From Verrucomicrobiota bacterium (lineage in GTDB: Bacteria; Verrucomicrobiota; Verrucomicrobiia; Verrucomicrobiales; V1-33), in assembly GCA_040386695.1 (NCBI GenBank), contig JAZKFB010000004.1, forward strand, positions 65,742 to 129,741: a DNA stretch of 64,000 bases, given 5' to 3'. Positions within the stretch are counted from its first letter, which is position 1. Each line of letters begins with the position of its first letter. The translations under genes were made by a program, and so were the position numbers. A model generated the notes under the pieces. It had not been told where the DNA came from. It saw only the letters and a program-made list of their open reading frames with translations, and searched no databases. Of the stretch, positions 7,852 through 17,461 are shown one piece after another.

Positions 7852-9024
7852 ATGGCTCTGAACTCCGTATCCTCCCGCGAACAAATCGTTATCATCGGCA
7901 GCGGCATCATCGGTCTGGCCCACGCCGTGACCGCCCGCGAGGCCGGTTATCAGGTCACGGTCATCGACCGCGACACCCGTCCCGTGGGCGCGTCCGTCCG
8001 GAATTTCGGCACTATCTGGCCCATCGGCCTGGCTTTCGGGCCGGAACGGGAACAGGGGCTTTGGGGCATGAAACGCTGGCGGGAGCTGGCTCCCCCAGCG
8101 GGTTTCACCGCCGATCCCTGCGGATCACTCAGCGTGGCCTACCGGGAGGAGGCCTGGAGTGTCCTGACCGAATTTTCCGACCAGCCGGAAGCCGCCGCCG
8201 AGGGCTTCACCCTGCTGACCCCGGAGGAAACGCTGACCCGTTTTCCCCTGACCAATCCCGACGGGCTGAAGGGCGCGCTGCTCAGCCCGCACGAGACCTG
8301 TGTCCGTCCCGCCGAGGCCCTCAACGCGCTCGTGGCTTACGCCCGGAGCCTGGGGGTGGAATTTGAACTGGGCGCCTGCGTCATCAAGGTTCATGAAGAC
8401 GCCGTGGAGCTGGCGGACGGCCGGTTTTTCCCCTTCGGCCACTGCGTCATCGCCGCCGGGGAGGACATGAAAACGCTCTTCCCCGCCGAGCTCTCCGCCG
8501 CCGGCATCCGCCCCTGCCGGCTCCAGATGATGCGCAGCGAGCCCATCGCCGGGCGGCTGGGAGCCATCATGGTCAGTGACCTGACCCTTGCCCATTACCC
8601 CGCCTTCAGCCTGTGCCCTTCCCTGCCCGCGCTGAAGCAAAAGATCGCCGGCACCATGGCCGCGCACCTTGACTGGGGCGTCCACGTCATCGCCGCCCAG
8701 CATGCGGACGGCTCCCTGACTCTCGGCGATTCCCATGAATACGGCGGCAGCCTGACCCCGGACCACTGGAGCCATGTGGATAAGCTGGTGTTGGAAAATC
8801 TCGCCAGCTTCACCCGGCTGCCGGACCTGAAAATCGCCTCCCGCTGGCACGGCACCTATCTGAAAAGCACTCTCGGCCAGACCCAGGTCATCCTCCAGCC
8901 GCGCGAACGCGTCACCATGGTCACGGCGATGGGCGGTCTGGGCATGACTCTCTCCTGGGGCCTCGCCCGGCGCACCGTCGCCTCCTGGGGAGATGCCTTT
9001 GAGTCCGTCGGGCCACTGCTCTGA
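7852..9024 (+). CDS. FAD-dependent oxidoreductase (DAO/glycine-oxidase superfamily; resembles the TIGR03364 clade)
   Basis: Start trimmed to the ATG at 7852 (MALNSVSSREQIVIIGSGIIGLAHA...). Has a GxGxxG motif, and ASVRNFGTIWPIG is the pattern I associate with the TIGR03364-type FAD oxidoreductases. Confidence 0.8.
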   Translation: MALNSVSSREQIVIIGSGIIGLAHAVTAREAGYQVTVIDRDTRPVGASVRNFGTIWPIGLAFGPEREQGLWGMKRWRELAPPAGFTADPCGSLSVAYREEAWSVLTEFSDQPEAAAEGFTLLTPEETLTRFPLTNPDGLKGALLSPHETCVRPAEALNALVAYARSLGVEFELGACVIKVHEDAVELADGRFFPFGHCVIAAGEDMKTLFPAELSAAGIRPCRLQMMRSEPIAGRLGAIMVSDLTLAHYPAFSLCPSLPALKQKIAGTMAAHLDWGVHVIAAQHADGSLTLGDSHEYGGSLTPDHWSHVDKLVLENLASFTRLPDLKIASRWHGTYLKSTLGQTQVILQPRERVTMVTAMGGLGMTLSWGLARRTVASWGDAFESVGPLL

Positions 9025-9132
9025 TTCCCCGATTCCTGGCTCCGGACACTTTGGCATCAGCTGGCATCCAAACGCCGCCATTTTCAATTCCCTGCTTGGG
9101 AAAACCGGAGGCCTGCGCATGGTCGCCGGGGA

Positions 9133-9726
9133 ATGGACATTCTTTCGACGTCGCTCACGCTGCTGTTGGTCATGGACCCTCTCGGGAATATCCCGAATTT
9201 CATGGCCGCTCTGCGGCAGGTGCCGGAGGAGCGGCGGCTGCGCATCATCTTCCGGGAGTGCCTGTTCGCCCTGGGCATTCTGCTGGCGGTGCTGGCGGGA
9301 GGACGCGGATTCATGGCCATTTTCGGCCTCAGCGCGGAGGCGCTGCGCATCTCCGGCGGCATCATGCTGTTTTTGATCGCCCTGCGCATGATTTTTCCGC
9401 CCGAAGGCGCGGAAAAGTCCGAAGGTATTCTGGAGGAGCCCTTTATCGTCCCGCTGGCCACGCCGCTGATTGCCGGTCCGTCGCTGATCGCGACCATCAT
9501 GGTTCTGGCGGGGAATCCCACCATCAGCCGGCCCGGCGTCTTCGCCTCCATTCTGGCCGCCTGGTGTGTCAGCACCCTCATTCTGCTGAGCGCTCCCTTT
9601 TTTGCCCGTGTCCTCGGGCGACGGGGAATCATGGCGGTGGAGCGTCTGATGGGCATGCTCCTCGTCGTCGTCGCCGTGCAGATGTTCCTCGACGGCCTGC
9701 ACCTTCCCTCCCGCGTGCCGGGGTGA
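9133..9726 (+). CDS. MarC (UPF0056/NAAT) family integral membrane protein
   Basis: 197 aa, multi-TM. The N-terminal LLLVMDPLGNIPNF motif and the GGIMLFLIALRMIF segment are typical of the MarC family. Confidence 0.8.
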   Translation: MDILSTSLTLLLVMDPLGNIPNFMAALRQVPEERRLRIIFRECLFALGILLAVLAGGRGFMAIFGLSAEALRISGGIMLFLIALRMIFPPEGAEKSEGILEEPFIVPLATPLIAGPSLIATIMVLAGNPTISRPGVFASILAAWCVSTLILLSAPFFARVLGRRGIMAVERLMGMLLVVVAVQMFLDGLHLPSRVPG

Positions 9727-9986
9727 GCCTTCTCATGAGGCGGAGGAAGCAAAACCCTGCCGTCCCCTGCCCGCTCCTCTCAGGGCGGAGCCGTCAGCTT
9801 TTTCAGCACTTCCTGGCGGCGGTCCTCCTGACGGATTTTCAGGGCCCAGGCCTGAGCGCCGGCCGGATCGGACGGGTTCACCGCCAGCGACAGCGTTTCC
9901 GCGCCCTTTCCGAATCCGGACAACCGTGACGGTGGCCCGGTGAATGCGGGGCATCCGGAGTTTTGCGGGGACCGTTCTCCCGCGAA

Positions 9987-10244
9987 ATGAGCACGCTTTC
10001 CTTTCCCGCCGGTCTGATGCGCGATCTTTTGGCCTTTATGGACGGGCCGGTTCCTGTGGAATCCGGCCCGGCGCTGATCGATGGCGAGTGGCGCATCACG
10101 CTGGGCGGTCAAACCTTCAGGTTTGAAGCGGAAAGCCCGCGCGGCCCGGAATTCCGCCGGCCGCCGGTGTGGCGGGGGTGGCAGGAACCGCCGCACGGCA
10201 GTCCGCTGCGGGCGGTGGAATTTTACTGCACCACCGGCTTCTGA
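9987..10244 (+). CDS. small hypothetical protein
   Basis: ATG at 9987 (the ORF track starts at a TTG at 9963). GC-rich third positions but no recognisable motif. Confidence 0.3.
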   Translation: MSTLSFPAGLMRDLLAFMDGPVPVESGPALIDGEWRITLGGQTFRFEAESPRGPEFRRPPVWRGWQEPPHGSPLRAVEFYCTTGF

Positions 10245-10368
10245 TCCGCCGGGCGGCCTGGCTTTCGGACAGGCGGACCACCTTCGAAAAAACCATCAAC
10301 CCCGGTGGTCGTTTTTTCGTAATCCGTTCACACTGGCGGGTTTCCCGCCATTTCCCCCTGCCCGCTTT

Positions 10369-10677
10369 ATGAATACCCCCGCTCCTCAAAATTCCGCCCC
10401 GGAGGTTTCCGTGAATATTGGCTCCTCCGATGGGGAGAAATGCGAAATTCAAATCGATCCCAAATCCGCCCAGTCATTCATCCGCTTTCTCCTCCACCGG
10501 GAGATCCGGCTGCTGCCGCCGGAGGGCGGAGTGGCGCGGACCCTTGACTGGCAGGTGGAAACTCAGGGCGTGCCGCCGCGGCATTCCTTTTTTGCCTACA
10601 CCACGGCGGACAACCTGAAGGATCTGACCGCCGAGTGGAAAGCATCGGGGTCGCGGGAGGTGATCGCCGGTCAGTGA
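10369..10677 (+). CDS. small hypothetical protein
   Basis: ATG at 10369 inside ORF 10081..10677. The upstream part of that ORF is Arg/Gly-rich noise. The sequence downstream of the ATG looks globular (KCEIQIDPKSAQSFIRFLLHREI...). Confidence 0.4.
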   Translation: MNTPAPQNSAPEVSVNIGSSDGEKCEIQIDPKSAQSFIRFLLHREIRLLPPEGGVARTLDWQVETQGVPPRHSFFAYTTADNLKDLTAEWKASGSREVIAGQ

Positions 10678-10871
10678 GTCCATCGTGCGGTCTCCCTCCG
10701 GCCTGATTTTTCAGGCGCGCGGAGGGAAAGAGGAAATTCAGAGTCACCGTGTCACGCGGCCGGCCTGAATTTCCAAGGGAATGTGCAACGGGATACTCCC
10801 CCGCGGAAGCCGGCATGACACCGGCCCCGCGGGATTCCCGTTCCGCTGGAATCCAAACTCATTCCCTATCC

Positions 10872-11618
10872 ATGAAATTCACGATGCTCCGCCTCCTGGC
10901 CCTGGCCGGCCTGCTTTCCTCCGTAAAGCTCTCGCCGGCCTGCGAAATCAAGCTGAACAATGATCCCGCTCTGGCAAAATCACCCAGCCTGAAAATCAAA
11001 AACGTCTCCGTCGAATACAAAGCGGACCTGGATGTCATGGTGTTCAGCATGGATCTGGAGGGCGAGGCCGGCAAAACGACCCCGAAAGCGGCGGGCCAGC
11101 TTGATGGCGCCCCGGTGCTGGCGTACGTTTTTCCCACCTCGCTCAAAGCCGCCGATGTGGGCATGGGCAAAGCGGAGGGGATTGTCGCTCTGGCCATCAC
11201 CTCGCATCCCGATTTTGATGACACCCCGCTCTGGGACGAGAACGCGAACGGGGATTACAACGACGACAAAAAGATCTGGCACACCCACTGGGCGCTGCTG
11301 GTCAAGGACGACCGGGTGCCCGGCGGCCTGTCCGTGAAGGAGTTCAAAAAGGGCGATAAAAAGGTGGTTCTGCCGCCCACGAACTGCGGTATGCCCATGT
11401 ATCTGGATGCCGCCGGGCATTCCGTTGTGGAACGCGGCAACACCATCCGCGCGGTGGTTCCGGCTTATTTTCTGCACCACAAAACGAAGTTCAGCTTCGA
11501 CGGCGTGGCCTGTTACATGCAGGTCAACACCTCCTGCATGTCCCGTCCGATGCTGGGGGTTTACGAGGTTTATTCCGTGGCCTCGAAGGATCTCAGCCTG
11601 CCTTACAAAACCAAATAG
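10872..11618 (+). CDS. secreted hypothetical protein
   Basis: ATG at 10872 gives a signal peptide MKFTMLRLLALAGLLSSVKLSPA. 248 aa with no family recognised. Confidence 0.65.
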   Translation: MKFTMLRLLALAGLLSSVKLSPACEIKLNNDPALAKSPSLKIKNVSVEYKADLDVMVFSMDLEGEAGKTTPKAAGQLDGAPVLAYVFPTSLKAADVGMGKAEGIVALAITSHPDFDDTPLWDENANGDYNDDKKIWHTHWALLVKDDRVPGGLSVKEFKKGDKKVVLPPTNCGMPMYLDAAGHSVVERGNTIRAVVPAYFLHHKTKFSFDGVACYMQVNTSCMSRPMLGVYEVYSVASKDLSLPYKTK

Positions 11619-11640
11619 CGCCCGCGCCCGGAATTCAGGC

Positions 11641-13422
11641 TCAGCTGTTGCCGGAGAAAGCGGCCTGCCATTTTTCCAGAGCCGTCCGCAGCTCGGCGGC
11701 GCGCAGGGGTTTGGTCAGATAATCGTTCATGCCGGCGGCCAGGCACTTTTCCCGGTCGCCGGCCATGGCGTGGGCTGTCAGGGCGATGATGTGCACGGGT
11801 AGATGCGGAAAATCCCGGCGGATGCACCTTGCGGCCTCATACCCGTCCATCTCCGGCATGCCGCAGTCCATGAGAATGATGTCGTAGGGACTCCTTTTCA
11901 GCGCCTCCACCGTTTCGACCCCGTTGGCCGCCACCACCGCCTGATACCCCATCTTCTTGAGCTGCAGCAGCGCCACTTTCTGATTCACGGTGTTGTCCTC
12001 CGCCAGCAGAATCCGGGCTTTGCGCGGTCCGGCGGAATCGGCCGGGGAAAGATCGGGGATGGTGATGCCTGTTTCCCGCCCCGGGTGGCTTTCGCGGGGA
12101 ATGCCCGCCGGGCCGGCAGCCGCCGGGGAGTTACCGGGAGGGAAGCGGGCGGTGAACCAGAACCGGGAGCCCTCGCCGGGAACACTCTCCAGCCCCATCT
12201 CCCCGCCCATCATCCCCACCAGCCGGCGTGAAATGGCCAGCCCCAGTCCGGTGCCGCCGTATTTCCGCGTGGTGGAGGCGTCCGCCTGACTGAAGGGCTG
12301 GAAAAGCCGTATTTTCTCCCCGCCGCTGATGCCGATCCCGGTATCCCGCACCTCAAATCTCAGAACCGCCGCCCCGGCATCGCCGGAAATCCGGGACACG
12401 CCGAGCACCACTTCACCCCGGGGCGTGAATTTCACGGCATTGCTCAGCAGATTCAGCAGCACCTGCCGGAGCCGGCCCTCATCCCCCCGGATCCGCGGCG
12501 GAATGGCCGGATGCAGTTCACTGGACAGCCGGAGGCCTTTGGACCCCGCGGCTCCGCTCACGATCTCCAGAGTGGTTTTCACAAGCTGCCGGAGATCAAA
12601 ATCCGAGTCCTCAAAAGTGAGTTTTCCAGCTTCGATTTTGGAGAAATCCAGAATGTCGTCGATCAGGGTCAGCAGCAGCTCGCCACTGTGGCGGATGGTT
12701 TCCGCGAAGCTGCGCTGCTCGGATGAAAGTTCGGTGTCCAGCAGCAGGCCCGCCATGCCCAGCACTCCATTCATGGGAGTCCGGATTTCGTGACTCATCG
12801 TGGCCAGAAACTCACTTTTGGCCCGGTTGGCTGATTCCGCGGCCTCCTTGGCCTGTTTCAGCTCCTGCTCCGCGCGGCCCCATCCGGCCTCCACCACCTG
12901 CAAAGCCTCCAGATCCCGCCGGTGGCGCTCGGCGGCCAGCCGCAGGGACACTTCTCCGGTCACCTGCCCGGCCAGGGCCGTCATGATGCCGATGTCCTGC
13001 TGCGTCCATGTCCGGGGCTCGAAATCCATGACGCAGAAAGCCCCCACCGGCGCTCCCTTCTCAGCGTAAACGGGAACTCCGAGGTAGGAGCGGACACCGA
13101 ATTCGCTGACCGCCGGATTATCCTTCACCATGGGATGCACCCGGGCATCCTCCACCACCAGTGTCTCGGAAAAAGCCACCACATACTTGCAGAATGAGTG
13201 ACTCAGGGGAGTCCCGCGGTCCGTGGCCGGAGCCCCCGTGAGGCCGCACTGGCTTTTGAAAAACTGGCGGTCCCTGTCAATCACCGAGATCAGCGCCACC
13301 GGCACCCCGAGCACCTGGCGGGCCAGGGCCGTGAGGGTGTCAAACGCCGGCTCAAGCGCGGGATCCAGCAGAAATGGCGGGGGGGCAGGGCCTTTTTTTA
13401 CCGAATTTTCCTGTGCCAGCAT
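11641..13422 (-). CDS. cytoplasmic hybrid sensor histidine kinase (GAF - HisKA - HATPase_c - receiver)
   Basis: H-box [16 protein letters not shown] boxes [18 protein letters not shown] and GGTGLGLAI. Receiver domain [12 protein letters not shown]...[12 protein letters not shown]...TKP. The N-terminal region is GAF-like, and no TM segment is present. Confidence 0.9.
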   Translation of the reverse strand: MLAQENSVKKGPAPPPFLLDPALEPAFDTLTALARQVLGVPVALISVIDRDRQFFKSQCGLTGAPATDRGTPLSHSFCKYVVAFSETLVVEDARVHPMVKDNPAVSEFGVRSYLGVPVYAEKGAPVGAFCVMDFEPRTWTQQDIGIMTALAGQVTGEVSLRLAAERHRRDLEALQVVEAGWGRAEQELKQAKEAAESANRAKSEFLATMSHEIRTPMNGVLGMAGLLLDTELSSEQRSFAETIRHSGELLLTLIDDILDFSKIEAGKLTFEDSDFDLRQLVKTTLEIVSGAAGSKGLRLSSELHPAIPPRIRGDEGRLRQVLLNLLSNAVKFTPRGEVVLGVSRISGDAGAAVLRFEVRDTGIGISGGEKIRLFQPFSQADASTTRKYGGTGLGLAISRRLVGMMGGEMGLESVPGEGSRFWFTARFPPGNSPAAAGPAGIPRESHPGRETGITIPDLSPADSAGPRKARILLAEDNTVNQKVALLQLKKMGYQAVVAANGVETVEALKRSPYDIILMDCGMPEMDGYEAARCIRRDFPHLPVHIIALTAHAMAGDREKCLAAGMNDYLTKPLRAAELRTALEKWQAAFSGNS

Positions 13423-13571
13423 GAACGGAATTTACCGTCAGTTTACCGCCGGAAGCAAGCACCGGATACCCGCGAAGGAGTATTCCGTGAGGAAACGCCG
13501 GCTCCGGCGGGATTCAACCATTTCCGGGCCCTGGATCCGCCGTCCTCCCCCAAGGCCGCCGCCTCCTTCTG

Positions 13572-15857
13572 TCAGGGAATTCTTTTCACCCGGTAGAAGA
13601 CTCTGGAAGTGCCCGCGGGCAGCGTGGTGTCCGTGAAACCGGCGGTGGCCCCGGCGGCGGTGACATTGGGCGTCAGGTCGTCCCATCTGGAAAAATCAGC
13701 CGTGCGCTGGACGGTGTAAACCGCCCCGGCCGTGGAGGGCCATGCTAGGGTGACCTGCCCGGCGGCGGGGCCCCGGACCAGCGAGGAGATCTCAAAGCCG
13801 GCGGAGACGGGCGGCGTGCCCGCGCCGTTGATCATGATGCTTTGGATCTCGCTCCGGCTGAGGGCTTTTTTATAAATGGCGATGTCGTCCAGCTTGCCGT
13901 CAAAAGGAAAACCCAGACCGTTGTCGTCGCCCGCTCCGAGATGGAGATTCAGGGAATAATTCGGAGTGTACTGCGTGGGGGCCGACCGGGAGGTGTCCAC
14001 AGCCGCGCTCTCGCCGTTGACCCACAGCGTTTTGGTGTCCGTGGCGGCATCGTAGGTGATGGCCAGATGCGTCCAGGAGCCGACCACCACGGCCGGACCG
14101 CTGACATCATCCCAGTTCACCACCCCCTGCCCTGTCCAGAACGCCCAGCGCCCGCCATCGGCGTTGTAAAGAATATAACCGTTGGTCTCTCCGCCGCCGC
14201 CGTGGACGCGGCTGGTGACCGGCGAGGCATATCCGCTGGTGCCGTCGGCTTTGGCCCACAGCGTGACCGTGAAGCTGGTGGGATTCAGCAGCGCGTCGAA
14301 AGGCACCTCAATGTGCCCGCCTTCCGTGAAATCCGCGGCGGCGCCGGTCGCGGCATTGGCTCCCGCCTCGGTGAAACTCACCGCGCCCGGAGCCGTGACC
14401 ACGCCGTTGAACCCGTTGCCGCTGGCGTCATCGGCATTCGCGTCCAGCGGCCACCACGCGACCAGCGGCTTGGCCACCGGCACCTCCGCGTGCAGCACCA
14501 CCGTGATATTCGGCGTCAGCGGATCATCGGTGCTGACCAGCATCCGGCTGACAAAGGATCCGTCCTCCAGCAGCGGATCAAACACCACCTCCACCGTCCC
14601 GGTCGCGCCGGGAGCGAGGGTTTCCGGGAATTTGGTGACCGTGAAGGCCGCCATATCCGGACCGGCGGGCGTGACGGCACTGACATTCAGAGGCAGGGCC
14701 GCCCCGTCGTTGCGCAGGGTGAAAGATTTGGTCAGCGTGCTGGTGCCGGCCGGAAGCGTTCCGAACTCCAGCCGCTCCGTCAGGGACACGACGCTGGGAT
14801 CGTGAATGAACCCCGTGACCGTCACCGGCTTCACGGGATTCACCGCTGAATTGCTGGTCAGCTCCAGAATGGTCTCCACCGCTCCGGAAACCCCGGCGGG
14901 ATTGAACGAGATTCTGACCACGCCCGTGCCGCCCGCGGCAATGGGACCCGGCAGGCTGACCACGGAGAAACTGGCCGCATTGCCTCCGCTGAAAGCCGCC
15001 GCCGTGATATTCAGCGCTTTGGTGGCCCCGCCATTGTTCAGGGTGATGTCAAAGGTCTGGACGGCCCCGGTGAGCGTGAGCGGCCAGGGACTTGGCACCA
15101 GCAGATTCGGATCGGTGGAGGTGTCGGGCTTGATGCCGTTGGTCATGACCTCCTGCACCTGCGCCTCCGTCAGGGCATTGTCCCAGAATCCGATATCATC
15201 CATGCGGCCATCCCAGTAAAAGTCCCCGCCCAGATCCGAGCCCGAGCCGAAATGCATGGCCCGCAGCACATTGGCGGAGATGCCGATGACATCATTCAGA
15301 ACCACCACGCCATTGAGCAGCATTTTCCGCGTGGTCGTGTCCGCATCGTAGGTGATGGCCACATGCGTCCAGGCATTCACGGCCACGGGTCCGGCATCAC
15401 GGTTGTTCCACTGTCCCGACGAGCCATTATTGCCCGCCCAGAAGGTCCAGTTGCCGGCGGCGTCATTGTAAATCATGGGACCGTTGGAGGTCGTGCCGTT
15501 GTCCTCGCGGTTGGTGAATGGCGAGCGGTAGGCCCCGCCGCCCGCCGCTGTGGGGAACGCCCAGAAAGCCAGGCTGAAACTGCCGGACCCGTTCTCGGCC
15601 TGGGTGCCGGGATTCAGGTCCGGGGTATAGGGAATGTCGATGTGGCCCGGACCCGGGAAGTCGGCGGAGGAGCCCGTTTTGCCATTGGCTCCGGATTGTC
15701 CGAACGTCACCGTCCCCACCACCGTGCCGTTGTGGCCGTTGCCGGTGGCGTCCAGCGCATTGGCGTCCAGCGGCCAGTGGGCCACCAGTCCGGCGGAGGC
15801 TCCGACTATTGACATCACGGTAAACCAGCAGGAAAACACCAGGAATTTCATAGGCAT
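13572..15857 (-). CDS. secreted protein with two LamG-like domains, Ig-like middle repeats and a C-terminal FYRV module
   Basis: Signal peptide after the ATG at 15857/15851 (MKFLVFSCWFTVMSIVGASAG). There is a duplicated LamG signature (LVAHWPLDANALDATGNGHNG / LVAWWPLDANADDASGNGFNG; WTHVAITYDA / WTHLAITYDA). Start position is uncertain (15917, 15857 or 15851). Confidence 0.8.
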   Translation of the reverse strand: MPMKFLVFSCWFTVMSIVGASAGLVAHWPLDANALDATGNGHNGTVVGTVTFGQSGANGKTGSSADFPGPGHIDIPYTPDLNPGTQAENGSGSFSLAFWAFPTAAGGGAYRSPFTNREDNGTTSNGPMIYNDAAGNWTFWAGNNGSSGQWNNRDAGPVAVNAWTHVAITYDADTTTRKMLLNGVVVLNDVIGISANVLRAMHFGSGSDLGGDFYWDGRMDDIGFWDNALTEAQVQEVMTNGIKPDTSTDPNLLVPSPWPLTLTGAVQTFDITLNNGGATKALNITAAAFSGGNAASFSVVSLPGPIAAGGTGVVRISFNPAGVSGAVETILELTSNSAVNPVKPVTVTGFIHDPSVVSLTERLEFGTLPAGTSTLTKSFTLRNDGAALPLNVSAVTPAGPDMAAFTVTKFPETLAPGATGTVEVVFDPLLEDGSFVSRMLVSTDDPLTPNITVVLHAEVPVAKPLVAWWPLDANADDASGNGFNGVVTAPGAVSFTEAGANAATGAAADFTEGGHIEVPFDALLNPTSFTVTLWAKADGTSGYASPVTSRVHGGGGETNGYILYNADGGRWAFWTGQGVVNWDDVSGPAVVVGSWTHLAITYDAATDTKTLWVNGESAAVDTSRSAPTQYTPNYSLNLHLGAGDDNGLGFPFDGKLDDIAIYKKALSRSEIQSIMINGAGTPPVSAGFEISSLVRGPAAGQVTLAWPSTAGAVYTVQRTADFSRWDDLTPNVTAAGATAGFTDTTLPAGTSRVFYRVKRIP

Positions 15858-16008
15858 GAACGCGCCGCGTCCGGCATGGACGTTGGCGGGCGGCTCCAGC
15901 TTCGCCGCAGAAGCCATGCCTTTCGATTTTAAATCTCCGCAGACGCGTAGATTCCTGATCCTGAGCCTTTTGCGCAGAACGGCGGAGTCCTGTGATCCAC
16001 CGTGTTTG

Positions 16009-17340
16009 TCAGGAAACTTTGATGCGCTGAGCGACGGGAATATACCGGTTCAGCCAGGCCAGGAAAAAGAAAACCCGCAGCCGCCACCGCACCGCGAACG
16101 ACAGCCTGGTGCGTCCCGCCAGCACCGCGTTGATCGCGCAGACCATGCCGAAACGGTTATAGGGCTGGAAGAAGATCTGGGCGAAGTGGTTTTTGTAAAA
16201 GTTCCCGATGAATTCCCAATACTGGGAAATGCGCCGCCGGTTGTCCCTCTCATAACGCTTCATGCCGGAGGTCATGGACTGGCCGGAGGCGAGGGCCTCG
16301 TGCACGGCCTCCGCGCCCTGCTTGCCGCTGGTCATGGCCAGCATCACGCCGCTGGAGAAGACGGGATCGATGAACCCGGAGGCGTCGCCGATACGCACCA
16401 GACGGGGCGCCACCAGCTTTCCGTTGCGGTAGGAAAAATCCGTCAGCACCCGCAGCGGATCTTTGGCGGCGGCCTGGGTGAAGCGGTCGCCGACCACTTG
16501 GGTCGTGCGGACGGCGTCGTGAAAAATTTTGTCAGGATCCTTTCCCAACGCTTGGAATTCCCCCCGGTCCAGCACCAGACCCACACTCGTTTTGTTGGCC
16601 TCCAGGGGAATCATCCAGAACCAGGAGTTCTCGCGGCGCACCACCAGAATGTCCCCGTATTCCTCGCCCTGCGGCATGTCCACGTTTTCGAAATGGCCGA
16701 AGATGGCCATCTTTTTGTGTCCGGGATAAAACTCCCGCAGGGACGCCTGATTGGCCGTCAGATTCGACAGCCCGCTGGCGTCCATGAGAAAGCCGGCGGA
16801 AACCTCGTGCTCCATGCCGTCGGCGGCGCTCCGGTATTTCACGGTCACGCCGTCGGCGCTGATTTTGTGGGAGATCACCAGCGCCTCCTCCCGGACCCCG
16901 GCCCCGCATTCCCGCGAATGCTTCAGCAGGAGATCATCAAATTTCGACCGCTCCACCTGCACCGCCGTCGGGAATTCCGTGAACGAGCCGTCCGAAAAAT
17001 CCAGCCGCGTTTTCTGCGGGCCATTGCCCATGAGAAACTGGGCCCCGCGCTTCACCATGAACCCTGCGGATTCAATCTTCGGCCACACCCCGAGGCTGTC
17101 GAAAATCGCGCGGTTATACGGCAGCAGGGATTCCCCGATGTGAAAACGCGGGAACTTCTCCTTCTCCAGCACCAGCACCCGCCGCCCCGCTTTGGCCAGC
17201 GTGGTGGCCGCCGTGGAGCCGGCCGGGCCTCCTCCGATAATGACGACGTCCCAGGAGGTTTTTTCAGTGTTTTCGGAAGTCGGGGAAGGCATGGGGAGGC
17301 AGAAATTTATCAGGCTGGGCGGCTCGGAATGAGGCTCCAT
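16009..17340 (-). CDS. flavin-dependent halogenase-like FAD oxidoreductase, paralog 1
   Basis: Motifs: VVIIGGGPAGS, FPRFHIGESLLP, VKRG, WFWMIP (WxWxIP), GDASGFIDPVFSSGV. Hydrophobic C-terminal tail. An alternative ATG lies at 17292. Confidence 0.85.
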   Translation of the reverse strand: MEPHSEPPSLINFCLPMPSPTSENTEKTSWDVVIIGGGPAGSTAATTLAKAGRRVLVLEKEKFPRFHIGESLLPYNRAIFDSLGVWPKIESAGFMVKRGAQFLMGNGPQKTRLDFSDGSFTEFPTAVQVERSKFDDLLLKHSRECGAGVREEALVISHKISADGVTVKYRSAADGMEHEVSAGFLMDASGLSNLTANQASLREFYPGHKKMAIFGHFENVDMPQGEEYGDILVVRRENSWFWMIPLEANKTSVGLVLDRGEFQALGKDPDKIFHDAVRTTQVVGDRFTQAAAKDPLRVLTDFSYRNGKLVAPRLVRIGDASGFIDPVFSSGVMLAMTSGKQGAEAVHEALASGQSMTSGMKRYERDNRRRISQYWEFIGNFYKNHFAQIFFQPYNRFGMVCAINAVLAGRTRLSFAVRWRLRVFFFLAWLNRYIPVAQRIKVS

Positions 17341-17461
17341 CCTTAGTCATGGAAACTCTGTCCGCCAGTCAAAGCCTGGAGATTCCTGATACCAATTCGG
17401 CATCACTGCGATTTCAAAATATTATTTCCGATATCAGCGCGGCCGGCTTACAAGGTTGCAA

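Noticed and set aside
9780-10196. 138-aa minus-strand ORF overlapping the small plus-strand ORFs at 9987..10244.
   Set aside because: Its composition is Arg/Pro/Gly-rich and low-complexity. The plus-strand frame has the better third-position GC pattern. Neither can be confirmed, so only the plus-strand ORF is listed, at low confidence.
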